A stretch of 64,000 bases of DNA from contig OY759746.1 in NCBI GenBank assembly GCA_963662795.1, positions 544,001 to 608,000 on the forward strand, read 5' to 3'. This document shows positions 10,054 to 20,081 of this stretch, one piece after another (within the stretch, counting starts at the first letter, position 1; each line of letters opens with the position of its first letter). The notes beneath the pieces are model-generated. The model saw only the letters and a program-made list of their open reading frames with translations. It had not been told where the DNA came from and made no database searches. Position numbers and translations under genes: made by a program. Origin of the DNA: Spirochaetia bacterium (lineage in GTDB: Bacteria; Spirochaetota; Spirochaetia; CADAEX01).

Positions 10054-10110
10054 CTCCTTTATTACAGCTGCCCGATCCGGGGCAGGGCTGTTAAATTGGC
10101 AGGTCCTTTA

Positions 10111-11742
10111 TTATTTTCCCGCTATGATAAGAGCGACATCCCTGTCGGCAGTATCAGTTGCTTTTATATCAAAATTGTCAATAAGCACTTTAAGCACATT
10201 CGGGGATGCGAATGCGGGAAGCGTCGGCCCCAGCCTTATCCCCTTGACTCCAAGGGCAAGAAGTGCAAGAAGAACCGCAACAGCTTTCTGCTCATACCAT
10301 GCTATATCAAAGGAGATGGGGAGCTTGTTTATATCATCAAGTCCGAATACCTCTTTAAGCTTTAAAGCAATTACCGCGAGAGAATAAGAATCGTTGCACT
10401 GGCCTGCATCAAGCACTCTTGGTATTCCGCCGATATCGCCGAGGTCAAGCTTGTTGTACCTGTATTTTGCGCATCCTGCTGTAAGAATTACAGTATCTTT
10501 CGGAAGCTCTTCAGCGACTTCCGTAAAATAGTTTCTGGTTTTATGTCTTCCGTCGCAGCCGCCCATTACGACAAATCTTTTTATCGCGCCGGATTTTACA
10601 GCGTCAACAACCTTGTCAGCAAGAGCCATAACCTGAGCGTGGGCAAATCCGCCGATAATGCTGCCTGTCTCAATTTCATCCGGCGGAGCGCACTTTTTCG
10701 CAAGGGCAATAATTTTCGAGAAATCCTTCTTTCCTCCCTCAGGCCTGTCCGCAATATGAGGTGCTCCCGGATATCCTGCCTGACCCGTAGTGAAGAACCT
10801 GTCCTTATAGGCATCCTTTACCGGGGTTATGCAGTTGGTTGTCATAAGGATAGGGCCGTTAAAGGAAGCAAATTCCTTATCCTGTTTCCACCACGAATTT
10901 CCGTAGTTACCTGCGAGATGACTGTATTTCTTGAAAGCCGGATAATAGTTTGCGGGAAGCATCTCGCTGTGTGTATAGACATCAACGCCTGTCCCTTCTG
11001 TCTGTTTAAGAAGTTCCTCCATATCCTTAAGATCATGTCCTGATATCAGTATACCGGGATTTTTGCCTGTTCCGATGCTGACTTTTGTCATCTCGGGGCT
11101 TCCGTAGGTTTCTGTATTTGCTTTATCGAGAAGCGCCATTGTAGTTACAATAACGTTTCCCTCTTCCATTACCAATGCGACCATTTCATCGACAGAAAGA
11201 TCCTTCTGGGTTGAGGCAAGCCCCTTTATAAACATTTTATAAATTGCAATGTCTTCATATCCGAGAACAAAAGCATGCTCTACATAGGCAGCCATCCCTT
11301 TCATTCCGTATATTAAAAGCTCTCTCAGCGATCTTACATCCTCATTCTCTGTCGATAGAACTCCGACTTCGCTCCCTTTCTTTATCATCGCATCAATCCC
11401 TGAAACCGCGAATGCAACAGAATCAGGTGAAGCGCCTTTATAATCAAACCTCTTTTTAAAGGCTTCCCTCATTTTGAGAGATTCCTCAATCATCGCAACA
11501 AACTTTTTTTCATCAAAGTTCGCGTTTGTTATTGTCATGAAAAGGCCTTTCGCAATCAGCCTGCCTGCCTCGAGAACAGTTTTCTCTTCCATGCGGCTTT
11601 CAACAATCAGCGATATCCCCTTAAAGGTATGGACCAAAAGATCCTGAAGAGTCGCGGTCCTGTCATCCTTACCGCATACCCCCTTTACTTTACAGCCTGC
11701 GTTTCCGGCTGTTTCCTGACACTGGTAACAAAACATACTCAT
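10111..11742 (-). CDS. hcp: Hybrid cluster protein (hydroxylamine/NO reductase)
   Basis: [11 protein letters not shown]...GVCGK; ISGHDL; THSEMLPA; GCDGR; DAGQCND; WYEQKAV. Confidence 0.97.
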   Translation of the reverse strand: MSMFCYQCQETAGNAGCKVKGVCGKDDRTATLQDLLVHTFKGISLIVESRMEEKTVLEAGRLIAKGLFMTITNANFDEKKFVAMIEESLKMREAFKKRFDYKGASPDSVAFAVSGIDAMIKKGSEVGVLSTENEDVRSLRELLIYGMKGMAAYVEHAFVLGYEDIAIYKMFIKGLASTQKDLSVDEMVALVMEEGNVIVTTMALLDKANTETYGSPEMTKVSIGTGKNPGILISGHDLKDMEELLKQTEGTGVDVYTHSEMLPANYYPAFKKYSHLAGNYGNSWWKQDKEFASFNGPILMTTNCITPVKDAYKDRFFTTGQAGYPGAPHIADRPEGGKKDFSKIIALAKKCAPPDEIETGSIIGGFAHAQVMALADKVVDAVKSGAIKRFVVMGGCDGRHKTRNYFTEVAEELPKDTVILTAGCAKYRYNKLDLGDIGGIPRVLDAGQCNDSYSLAVIALKLKEVFGLDDINKLPISFDIAWYEQKAVAVLLALLALGVKGIRLGPTLPAFASPNVLKVLIDNFDIKATDTADRDVALIIAGK

Positions 11743-11814
11743 AATAATATTTCTCCTTAAACTGGATTATTTATCTGATCCAATTGCAGATTAACTAAGT
11801 ATAGTTTATCCAGC

Positions 11815-11830
11815 TGTAACAATTGTTACA
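11815..11830. promoter_or_regulatory. Crp/Fnr-family (HcpR-type) operator upstream of hcp
   Basis: Perfect 16-bp palindrome TGTAACAATTGTTACA, about 73 bp upstream of the hcp start. Confidence 0.75.
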
Positions 11831-11925
11831 AAATTGCATATTTTCTTTATATTGCGCATAAGCTTTAATTGAATTATCCTTAAATATTGAAAAAATCACG
11901 AATTTATAATGAAGGATGAATAGAA

Positions 11926-12615
11926 ATGGAAGAAAAAAACAAAAAAAACCCGGAAATCGGATCATATATTGATCACACTCTCCTCAAACCGGATGCTACT
12001 AAAGAACAGGTAAACAAACTATGCATGGAAGCGCTTGAATATAGTTTCTGCTCCGTATGCGTCAACTCTTCCCGTGTACCGCTTGCCGCGGGACTGCTGA
12101 AGGGGAGCCCTGTAAAGGTGTGCGCCGTAGTGGGATTTCCGCTCGGAGCAATGGAAAGCTCAGCGAAAGGATTTGAAGCGGCGGCGGCAATCGCAGCCGG
12201 GGCTTCCGAGATAGACATGGTGATAAATATCGGCGCACTTAAGGAAGGAGACCATGATTTTGTTGAAAATGATATTAAAACTGTCAGAAAGTCCTGCGGG
12301 AAAGGGATAATCCTTAAAACCATAATTGAGACGTGCCTCCTTACTGACGAAGAAAAGAAGGCTGCATGCAGGATTGCGTTAAAGGCAGGGGCAGATTTTG
12401 TGAAAACATCCACCGGTTTTTCAACAGGAGGGGCCACAGAAGATGACGTAAGGCTGATGAAAAACGAGGTCGGGGATAAGGCAAAGGTAAAGGCATCGGG
12501 CGGTGTGCGAAGCTATGAGGATGCGGTAAAAATGATTAAGGCAGGCGCATCAAGGCTCGGCACCAGCTCAGGTATTGCCATTATTACAGGGGCAAAAGGA
12601 AAGGACAGCTATTGA
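11926..12615 (+). CDS. deoC: Deoxyribose-phosphate aldolase
   Basis: IDHTLLKP, VVGFPLG, EIDMVIN, FVKTSTGF, VKASGG, RLGTS. Confidence 0.97.
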   Translation: MEEKNKKNPEIGSYIDHTLLKPDATKEQVNKLCMEALEYSFCSVCVNSSRVPLAAGLLKGSPVKVCAVVGFPLGAMESSAKGFEAAAAIAAGASEIDMVINIGALKEGDHDFVENDIKTVRKSCGKGIILKTIIETCLLTDEEKKAACRIALKAGADFVKTSTGFSTGGATEDDVRLMKNEVGDKAKVKASGGVRSYEDAVKMIKAGASRLGTSSGIAIITGAKGKDSY

Positions 12616-12645
12616 CTGCTGCCTGGATAAGCGTATAATCCTGCG

Positions 12646-13038
12646 CTATTCAGTTGGTATGCTGAAATTATCAGGCGAGAATTTATCCCCTCCAAGCCAG
12701 AGGTCAATTTTTATTCCGCTTTCCGGTCTTTTACTGTCAACCCTGTTTACATCCGCATGCTTGACCTGCCAGCTTATCAGGTCAAGCCGGGCATGGCCTA
12801 TCAGTTCCTGCCCTGCCATTGTACCGTAATAGCCGGCAAGCTCAGGCCTTTTCGCGCTGTTAAGGGAATCGCGGATCTTCTCAATCTCCTCGTCATTCCG
12901 GGCTGTGTCATCCATTATGCACAGATGGATCCCGTCCTCTTCCTGGTGAAGTGATATAACCATCCTTCCGGGATTTGTATCAAGAATAAAATGAGATATC
13001 TCACCTATCAGGTGAAGCAGAAATTCCTTTTTTTTCAC
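12646..13038 (-). CDS. Hypothetical protein, partner of the DUF1576-like gene (possible degenerate GHKL-like fold)
   Basis: GTG start after a GGAGG RBS; 28 bp downstream of the membrane-protein gene; RPELAGYYGTMAG motif. Confidence 0.65.
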   Translation of the reverse strand: MKKKEFLLHLIGEISHFILDTNPGRMVISLHQEEDGIHLCIMDDTARNDEEIEKIRDSLNSAKRPELAGYYGTMAGQELIGHARLDLISWQVKHADVNRVDSKRPESGIKIDLWLGGDKFSPDNFSIPTE

Positions 13039-13066
13039 AGGTAATCCTCCGGTTTACAAGCAGCAG

Positions 13067-14323
13067 TCATCTGCGGATTTTTTCAATATTTGATCTATAC
13101 CATTCAATAACGGCAATTATAAGTGTCGCGGTAAGCCCTCCTGCAAATCCATTGTTATAAAGGTCCATTCCGCTGTGCCAGGCCCCTGTGCGTTCAACCA
13201 TTACAAGATGTAAAAAACCGGCGGTGATTCCGGCAGCCCAGCCGAATTCCCCTGCGATCGGGGCCAGGGTTGTACAAAACAGGGCTGCAAGTACAGGTCC
13301 GGGGTCTGCCGGGTTCTTTCCGAAAACAAGACAGGCGATAAATACGCCGGCAATCACGGGAAGGGAATTTTTAAGGTGTTTGCCGAAAGCCCCGAACCCG
13401 ATTACCGTCATAAGGCCTCCGATTACAGGACCGCTAAAATCCGCCCCTGTAAGAAAAACATAAAGACACCCTGCCGCACCCAGAAAACCCATATTAACAA
13501 GAGCGCCGGGTTGTGATCCCATTACCATATAATCCGATGGAAGACGCCCTGAAAATGACTGCAGTTTGATAAAAACAGAAAGAGCTTTTTTTCCGTCTTT
13601 TGCAAGTCCCCAGATAATAAGAAGAAGAGACAATAAAGGGATAATAAGTATAAGAACCGCGGAAGGCTGGCTGTTCCAGACCCGGCCGGGTTCAAGTGTA
13701 TACCCTGAAGCTGCAAAAAAAGAAGCTGCAAAAAGAGCAATGAAACCGGAAGTAAGACCTATATTATAAAGATTGTACCCCTGGTGAAGCTGAAGCATTC
13801 TTATGGCAATAGACGGAAGTATTATCCCTGCAGCTATTCCAGCAGCAATACCGGAAACAACCGCGGGAATTCCGGTAAGACCTGTCTCATATATTACAAG
13901 TGTTACCACGGGACCAAGCGCTGTGCCGAATAAAGCTATAATGATGTACTCTTTAAACGATTTTGAAACAATTTTTGCGGATATGCAGACGCCTGCAATA
14001 ATCGGCAGGATATTGACCGGGGTCTTGCCGAAAAATCCGAATCCCATGATGGTAAACACGGCGGCAACCGTCGGCCCGGAAAGTCTTACCATATTGAATC
14101 TTACCAGGAGAAGTCCTATTGTCCCGACTGCCGCTGAATTGAGAAGCGCGGCCCCTGTTCCTCCTGCCAGGGTAAAATCGTTTAAAAGCCGTGCAGGGTG
14201 GCTCTGAAGAAAAAGGAGGCCTTTTACTGCTGATATCAGTCCCTGGTCCAGTACCCCTGCGCATGCAAATCCGGAAATGATTATAATCATCAGTAAATAA
14301 ACAGGTTTTTCGCTTTCGGGCAA
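13067..14323 (-). CDS. DUF1576-like polytopic membrane protein
   Basis: Two repeated halves: GFGFFGK..LFGTALGP..HQGYNLYNIGLTSG and GFGAFGK..LFCTTLAP..HSGMDLYNNGFAGG. TTG start after AAGGAGG. Confidence 0.8.
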   Translation of the reverse strand: MPESEKPVYLLMIIIISGFACAGVLDQGLISAVKGLLFLQSHPARLLNDFTLAGGTGAALLNSAAVGTIGLLLVRFNMVRLSGPTVAAVFTIMGFGFFGKTPVNILPIIAGVCISAKIVSKSFKEYIIIALFGTALGPVVTLVIYETGLTGIPAVVSGIAAGIAAGIILPSIAIRMLQLHQGYNLYNIGLTSGFIALFAASFFAASGYTLEPGRVWNSQPSAVLILIIPLLSLLLIIWGLAKDGKKALSVFIKLQSFSGRLPSDYMVMGSQPGALVNMGFLGAAGCLYVFLTGADFSGPVIGGLMTVIGFGAFGKHLKNSLPVIAGVFIACLVFGKNPADPGPVLAALFCTTLAPIAGEFGWAAGITAGFLHLVMVERTGAWHSGMDLYNNGFAGGLTATLIIAVIEWYRSNIEKIRR

Positions 14324-14414
14324 ATTAATCCTCCTTAAAGATTGAGAAATAATTTTATAGCCTGATTAATGATTTAACAATGAGAATATTGTTAAAACAG
14401 GGTTAAAAAAATTG

Positions 14415-14443
14415 TTTACATCCGGAGAGGAGCGGACTATGAT
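14415..14443 (+). promoter_or_regulatory. Sigma70-type promoter for the PilZ gene
   Basis: TTTACA-17-TATGAT followed by a GGAGG RBS. Confidence 0.55.
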
Positions 14444-14461
14444 TAATACACGGAGGGATTT

Positions 14462-14791
14462 ATGGGAGAAGAAAGAAGAAAATATCCCCGTTTAAATCTG
14501 GATCAGTGTATCCAGCTGTCATTCGGAAAAGAGAAGTTTATTGACGCTGTCGCGGTAAATATCAGCCAGAACGGGATTCTGTGCAGTTCGTCTGTGCCGA
14601 TAGACAATCTTGACATGATGTTTCTGATGATTGACCTTAACATCAATGATGAAATTAAAACAATCAAGTGTGAAGGCATTCCAATGTATCATAAATCCAT
14701 TAACGGAAAAAACATGTTCGGAATACAGTTTATTGAAATGGATGAAACTGATGCCGGCACTCTTAAGCAATACCTGGATTTAAATAAGTAA
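14462..14791 (+). CDS. Stand-alone PilZ domain protein (c-di-GMP receptor)
   Basis: ERRKYPR (RxxxR) and NISQNG (D/NxSxxG); C-terminal FGIQF. Confidence 0.9.
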   Translation: MGEERRKYPRLNLDQCIQLSFGKEKFIDAVAVNISQNGILCSSSVPIDNLDMMFLMIDLNINDEIKTIKCEGIPMYHKSINGKNMFGIQFIEMDETDAGTLKQYLDLNK

Positions 14792-14863
14792 TTGCTTATT
14801 ATAATTAAATGAGAACATACAGGTAAATCGGTTATTTTTACTGTCCGCTGAATTTAAAAATAT

Positions 14864-14892
14864 TTGACAACTTAAGAATGCAGGAATAAGAT
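14864..14892 (+). promoter_or_regulatory. Sigma70 promoter of the ABC transporter operon
   Basis: TTGACA(14864-69)-17 nt-TAAGAT(14887-92). Confidence 0.75.
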
Positions 14893-14912
14893 AAAAATAT
14901 AATAATAAGGCT

Positions 14913-14972
14913 GAGACATCTGAGAGCCGGGAAAAATGGGATTTACGCAGCACCTCTTTTTCCGGCTTTTTT
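14913..14972 (+). promoter_or_regulatory. 5' leader attenuator: GAGA-N5-GAGA overlapping an intrinsic terminator (GlpP-like antitermination site)
   Basis: GAGA 14913-16 and 14922-25; stem AGCCGGGAAAAA/TTTTTCCGGCT followed by a T-tract. Lies between the promoter and the first gene. Confidence 0.6.
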
Positions 14973-15114
14973 ATTTGTTTTTTTAAGGGTTAAGTTATGG
15001 CTGCCCTGACTTAACGGGCAGCCGGCTTATAAAGCCATGATCCGGCGTCAGGCAGTAATTTTCAGGCATCGGATTATGAAATCAGTTTTTTTACATATAT
15101 CAAAGGAGGATATT

Positions 15115-16296
15115 ATGAAAAAGTTGCTGATGATTATTCTTTGTCTTGCAGTTGTATCATCAATGTTGGTTTTTGCGGGCGGAGGAAAAGAAAAAAGCGG
15201 AGCAGAAGACACCGCATGGCTCAAGGAAGCCAGGATAGGCAAATATGCCGAAAGCACCTTTGATGAAAAGGCCCTTTATGAGGCCGCCAAGCTCGAAGGA
15301 TCCATAAATATCTATTCCTATTCATCAAGGGTACATAAATTCGGTGAAACATTTGAAAAAAAATACCCGGGAATAAAAGTAAACGGGTTCGACATGGACT
15401 CAGGGGAGATTGTCACAAAGATAAGCGCAGAACAGACTGCCCAGAACTATGTAGCAGATGTTATTTTTTTAAAAGATGTCGCCGTAGCATACAACGTTCT
15501 TGTAGCCAAAGGTCTTGCGCATAACTACGTACCGGCAGACCTAAAAAAGGTTATTCCCAAAGATTATCAGGAGCCGATGCTGGTTCACCATACAAGCATA
15601 CAGGGATTTGTATATAACACAGCAAAAAATTCAAATGAACCGTTTAATTCGCTTTGGGACCTTACAAAACCTGAATGGAAAGGCAAGGTTATCATGCCTG
15701 ACCCGCAGAAGCTTTCGGAATTTGTTGAAATATATACAGGTATAGTTGAAAACGCTGACGCGCTGGCAAAGGAATATGAAAAAGTTTTTAAGGAAAAGAT
15801 AAAATTAAGCCCCGGCATCAGCAACGCCGGATATGAGTGGCTTTACAGAATTCTTAAAAACGACGCAATTATTGTAGGGTCAACCAACGATGTTGTTAAG
15901 GCCGTAGGGCTCTCCCAGCAGGACAAACCACCTGTAGGGCTTACAGCATATTCAAGGGTACGCGACGCGGAAAAAGATCCCAACCTTAAATTCGCTTTTA
16001 CAGAAAAGACAACCCCGGTATCAGGGTTTTCCCTTAATGTTGTTGAGCTTGTTATTAATAAGGCACCCCATCCTAACGCTGCAAAACTCATGCTCCGCTA
16101 CATGCTTGGGGATGAGAAAGGGGGAGAAGGTTATACGCCCTATTATGTAGCGGGTAATTTTTCCGTCAGAACAGATGTTCCCCCGATTGAGGGGCTGAAA
16201 CCAATTACTGAGATGAAAGTATGGTCAGCATCACCTGAATTTGTATGGAACGAAGGTCAGCAGGTACTTGATTTCTGGACAGCCAATCTCAAATAA
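15115..16296 (+). CDS. ABC transporter substrate-binding protein (AfuA/FbpA-like family)
   Basis: ATG 15115 after AAGGAGGA; signal peptide ending FAGGGKE; YNT..SLWDL.KPEWKGK and APHPNAAKL motifs. Confidence 0.88.
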   Translation: MKKLLMIILCLAVVSSMLVFAGGGKEKSGAEDTAWLKEARIGKYAESTFDEKALYEAAKLEGSINIYSYSSRVHKFGETFEKKYPGIKVNGFDMDSGEIVTKISAEQTAQNYVADVIFLKDVAVAYNVLVAKGLAHNYVPADLKKVIPKDYQEPMLVHHTSIQGFVYNTAKNSNEPFNSLWDLTKPEWKGKVIMPDPQKLSEFVEIYTGIVENADALAKEYEKVFKEKIKLSPGISNAGYEWLYRILKNDAIIVGSTNDVVKAVGLSQQDKPPVGLTAYSRVRDAEKDPNLKFAFTEKTTPVSGFSLNVVELVINKAPHPNAAKLMLRYMLGDEKGGEGYTPYYVAGNFSVRTDVPPIEGLKPITEMKVWSASPEFVWNEGQQVLDFWTANLK

Positions 16297-16375
16297 GTAT
16301 TTCAGTTTTTAATCTTATAAACATGCCGCCGGATGGAAATCCGTCGGCAGTATAAATACAAGGAGCAGGTCCGGA

Positions 16376-18199
16376 ATGATCAAGGAAAAATCGGCAGATG
16401 CTGAAAAATCATTTAACCTTAGGGCAAAAACAGGCAGAGCCAGAAACTATCTGAGAAAACCTCATGTCATAATGTCAATTCTGCTGCTGCTTATACTGAC
16501 CCTGCTGGTAATAATTCCTGTCGTGAAAATGTTTTATACGACCTTTATCTGGCAGCTGGAGGATACAAGACTTTCCCGCGCTGCAGAGCCGGGCAGTTTT
16601 ACGCTGTTCCACTGGAAAAGGGTTTTCGCATCTGTGCTTACAAATACAATGCTCTGGACTCCTCTGAAAAATACAATAATAACAGGACTCGGAGTTTCTT
16701 TTTTCGCTCTTTTAATCGGCATTTTTCTTGCATGGCTTGTAGCAAGGTCTGATATTCCATACAGAAAATTCATAGCCGCAGCTGCGGTTATTCCATACAT
16801 GGTTCCCTCCTACATCCACGCGCTAAGCTGGCTTACCCTGTTCAAGAATGAAAGGGTCGGGGGTGTATCCGGCATATTTCAGTACCTGACAGGTATAATT
16901 CCCCCCGACTGGATTTCTTATGGGATTTTTCCCATAATAATAACACTTTCGCTCCATTATTTCCCGTATTCCTTTCTTCTTGTTTCAGCTGCCCTTACAA
17001 GCATAGATTCAAGGCTTGAGGAGTCAGGGGAAATACTTGGAGCCTCAAGAGGCTATATTCTGCGCCGCATAACACTTCCGCTTGTCATGCCGGCGATTTT
17101 ATCAAGCTTTATACTGACTTTTTCAAGAACAATCGGCATTTTCGGGACACCCTATTTCCTTGGTTCACCTGTAAGGTTCTTTACCCTGCCTACCCAGATT
17201 TACTCAAGTATCAATAACCGGAACTCTGCATCCGGTTTTATCCTTGCGTTTGTCCTTATTGCAATTTCTTCAATAATAATCTTTATCAATCAGAAGATAG
17301 TCGGTGAACGGAAAAGTTTTGTCACAATCGGCGGAAAAGGATTTATCGTAACGAGGACAAAACTGGGAAGAAATAAATATTATATTCTTCCGCTTGTATT
17401 TTTTATTATACTGGTTTCTGTAGTTCTTCCGCTGCTGCTTCTGACAGTAGAGACCTTTTCACTTTATCCGGGCAATTATTCATTCAAAAATCTCACCTTT
17501 CTTTTCTGGTTCGGAAAAGGGGGAACGGCCTTTGCGGAGGGAGAAGCCGGAATACTCAGAAACCCGGCAATTCTTCAGACAGCATGGAACAGCATTAAGC
17601 TTGCGGTTATTTCTTCGTTATGTGCCGGCTTTTTGGGAATCTTTATCGGATATGCGGTTGTGAAGGGACGGAAAGAAAAGATGCCGAAACTGCTTGAGCA
17701 GGTCTCTTTTCTCCCGTATCTTGTTCCAAGTATCGCTTTCGGAGCGCTTTACCTGGCTTTGTTTACTCAAAGAATAGGCCCTTTACCCGCGCTATACGGC
17801 ACATTTACCCTTCTTGTAATGATCAATGTCGCAAAACAGCTGCCTTTCTCATCAAGGGCCGGAGTAACAGCGATGCTCCAGATCGGCGAAGAACTTGAAG
17901 AAGCTTCGGAAATAGCGGGAGCCAGATGGGGGAAAAGATTCACTAAAATAATTCTGCCCTTAAGCATCAGAAGCGCTGTATCAGGATTCATCCTTGTTTT
18001 CATCACGGTAATGAGGGAACTTGCCCTGGTAATTCTTCTTGTTACACCGAAAACGAGGACACTTACAACCATGACGTTCAGATATCAGGAGCAGGGTTAT
18101 TCACAGTTTTCTACTGCAATAAGCCTTCTTGTAGTGATAATAATTTTTACGGGTTCATATATTGCAAAAAGAATTACCAAAACCAATGAAAATAATTGA
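16376..18199 (+). CDS. ABC transporter permease, duplicated (AfuB/FbpB-like)
   Basis: Two EAA loops (LEESGEILGAS, LEEASEIAGA); many TM segments. Confidence 0.9.
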   Translation: MIKEKSADAEKSFNLRAKTGRARNYLRKPHVIMSILLLLILTLLVIIPVVKMFYTTFIWQLEDTRLSRAAEPGSFTLFHWKRVFASVLTNTMLWTPLKNTIITGLGVSFFALLIGIFLAWLVARSDIPYRKFIAAAAVIPYMVPSYIHALSWLTLFKNERVGGVSGIFQYLTGIIPPDWISYGIFPIIITLSLHYFPYSFLLVSAALTSIDSRLEESGEILGASRGYILRRITLPLVMPAILSSFILTFSRTIGIFGTPYFLGSPVRFFTLPTQIYSSINNRNSASGFILAFVLIAISSIIIFINQKIVGERKSFVTIGGKGFIVTRTKLGRNKYYILPLVFFIILVSVVLPLLLLTVETFSLYPGNYSFKNLTFLFWFGKGGTAFAEGEAGILRNPAILQTAWNSIKLAVISSLCAGFLGIFIGYAVVKGRKEKMPKLLEQVSFLPYLVPSIAFGALYLALFTQRIGPLPALYGTFTLLVMINVAKQLPFSSRAGVTAMLQIGEELEEASEIAGARWGKRFTKIILPLSIRSAVSGFILVFITVMRELALVILLVTPKTRTLTTMTFRYQEQGYSQFSTAISLLVVIIIFTGSYIAKRITKTNENN

Positions 18200-18211
18200 C
18201 GGGGGAGAGGA

Positions 18212-19312
18212 ATGAGTTTTGTTGAAATAAGAAACCTTACCAAGGTTTTCGGCGATGTTACAGCAGTTGATAATGTTTCATTTTCTGTTGATGAAAAATC
18301 TTTTCTGATGCTGCTCGGCCCGTCAGGATGCGGGAAGACCACAATCCTAAGGATGATTGCGGGACTTGAGACGCCGACAGCCGGGGAAATAAGGATCCGC
18401 GGCAAAATCATGTTTTCAAGCGAAAAAGGGATATCAGTCCCCGCAAGGGAAAGAGAACTGGGGCTGGTGTTTCAAAGTTATGCGCTATGGCCCCATATGA
18501 CGGTATTTGAGAATATAGCTTTCGGCCTGCGGGTAAAAAAAATGAAAGAAAACGATATCAGGAACAAGGTCATGGAATCACTTGCCTACATGCATCTTAA
18601 TGAGATGGCAGAGCGTTATCCGCAGGAAATGAGCGGAGGACAGCAGCAGAGGGTTGCCCTCGCGAGGATGCTTGCGAGTGAACCGGCACTTTTTCTGATG
18701 GATGAGCCGCTTTCCAACCTCGACGCTAAACTGAGGGTGGAGATGAGGGCGGAAATAAAGAACATCCACGCCCATCTTTCAGCAACAACGATTTACGTAA
18801 CACATGACCAGGTTGAGGGACTTACAATGGCAAGCAGCATCGCGGTTCTGAATAACGGGAGAATCGAACAGCTTGACCATCCCAAAAAGGTTTATCACTA
18901 TCCCGAAACACTGTTTGTAGCGGATTTTATCGGAAGCCCGCAAATTAATATATTAAACTGCACTGCTGAGACTGCTTCAGGCATGACGTCGATTAAGACT
19001 GAAACCGGGGATATATTTAAAACAGCATACAACGCAATCAGTTCTGACCGGAAAAACCTGAATGCGGCTATAAGGCCTGAGAAAATATCAATTGTTGCAG
19101 CCGCAGGGATTAACACGGCCAAAGTAAAAATTAAAACCGTACTTCCGGCAGGCTCCGAGACAGTAATTCACGTGGAATACGGCAAAGATATTCTCAGGAT
19201 TCTGATGCAGAAAGAGCAGGACCTTAACGCCGGAGAAGAAGTTTTTATCCATTTTCCTGAAAAAGATATCCTCCTCTTTGACCCTGGGACAAAAAAGCTT
19301 CTGCACAATTAA
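18212..19312 (+). CDS. ABC transporter ATP-binding protein with TOBE domain
   Basis: [32 protein letters not shown]. Confidence 0.95.
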   Translation: MSFVEIRNLTKVFGDVTAVDNVSFSVDEKSFLMLLGPSGCGKTTILRMIAGLETPTAGEIRIRGKIMFSSEKGISVPARERELGLVFQSYALWPHMTVFENIAFGLRVKKMKENDIRNKVMESLAYMHLNEMAERYPQEMSGGQQQRVALARMLASEPALFLMDEPLSNLDAKLRVEMRAEIKNIHAHLSATTIYVTHDQVEGLTMASSIAVLNNGRIEQLDHPKKVYHYPETLFVADFIGSPQINILNCTAETASGMTSIKTETGDIFKTAYNAISSDRKNLNAAIRPEKISIVAAAGINTAKVKIKTVLPAGSETVIHVEYGKDILRILMQKEQDLNAGEEVFIHFPEKDILLFDPGTKKLLHN

Positions 19313-19375
19313 AGTAAATGAGTCTGAAAGTAGTTAGTTTTCCCGTACACTTAAAATTCAGCCGGTATTTTAAGC

Positions 19376-19404
19376 TTGACAGGTCATGCAGGCATTTGTA
19401 CTCT
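19376..19404 (+). promoter_or_regulatory. Sigma70 promoter for lipBA (leaderless or very short leader)
   Basis: TTGACA-17-TACTCT; ATG 8 nt downstream; no Shine-Dalgarno sequence. Confidence 0.6.
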
Positions 19405-19412
19405 TTTAAAAT

Positions 19413-20081
19413 ATGAACCTGAACATAGTCAGACTGGGCAGGATGGATTATCTTGAAGCGTTAAGGATTCAGGAGTTACTTCTTGAAAAGAGGCAGAAGA
19501 ACACCATAGAAAATACGCTTCTGGTAGTAGAGCATTTTCCTGTACTTACAATAGGGATCAGCGGTAAAACCTCCAATATAATTGCCTCAAAGGATTTCCT
19601 TGAAAAAGAGGGGATAAAAGTATACGAGACAACCCGGGGAGGGGATGTAACCTACCACGGTCCGGGTCAGATTGTGGGGTATCCTGTCATAGATCTGAAA
19701 AATATACAGAAAGGTGTAAAGGATTTCATTATCCTGCTGCAGGAAGTATTCATAAGACTGTTAAAAAATGAGTATGATATAGACGCGGAAAGGGAAGAAG
19801 GAAAATACACCGGAGTCTGGACAGGGGAAAACAAAATTACTGCTATCGGAATTGCAGTTAAAAAATGGGTAACAATGCACGGCTTTGCGTTTAACATAAA
19901 TACGAACCTCGACCACTTCAGATGGATCAATCCATGCGGGATAACAGACAAAGGGGTAACTTCACTTGAAAAACTCACAGGGGAAAAACAGGACTTTGAT
20001 ATGCTTAATGATTTAACTGTAAGGTATTTCTGTGATGTTTTCGGATTTAACGGGATTCCCGCTAATCTGGAGGAACTATAA
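19413..20081 (+). CDS. lipB: Lipoyl(octanoyl) transferase
   Basis: [36 protein letters not shown]. Confidence 0.96.
   Translation: MNLNIVRLGRMDYLEALRIQELLLEKRQKNTIENTLLVVEHFPVLTIGISGKTSNIIASKDFLEKEGIKVYETTRGGDVTYHGPGQIVGYPVIDLKNIQKGVKDFIILLQEVFIRLLKNEYDIDAEREEGKYTGVWTGENKITAIGIAVKKWVTMHGFAFNINTNLDHFRWINPCGITDKGVTSLEKLTGEKQDFDMLNDLTVRYFCDVFGFNGIPANLEEL

Noticed and set aside
14905-15025. TPP or other known riboswitch in the ABC leader (contains CTGAGA twice)
   Set aside because: CTGAGA is present, but the rest of the TPP core (ACCTGA..GNTAATNC..CG.AGG) is not. Reported as a protein-dependent antiterminator candidate instead.
15037-15114. N-terminal extension of the ABC binding protein
   Set aside because: A strong RBS and the signal peptide begin at 15115.
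16326-16350. Stem-loop after the ABC binding-protein gene, and other CCGG-rich intergenic hairpins as a REP family
   Set aside because: The sequences share little beyond CCGG. Best explained as ordinary mRNA-stabilising or terminator hairpins.
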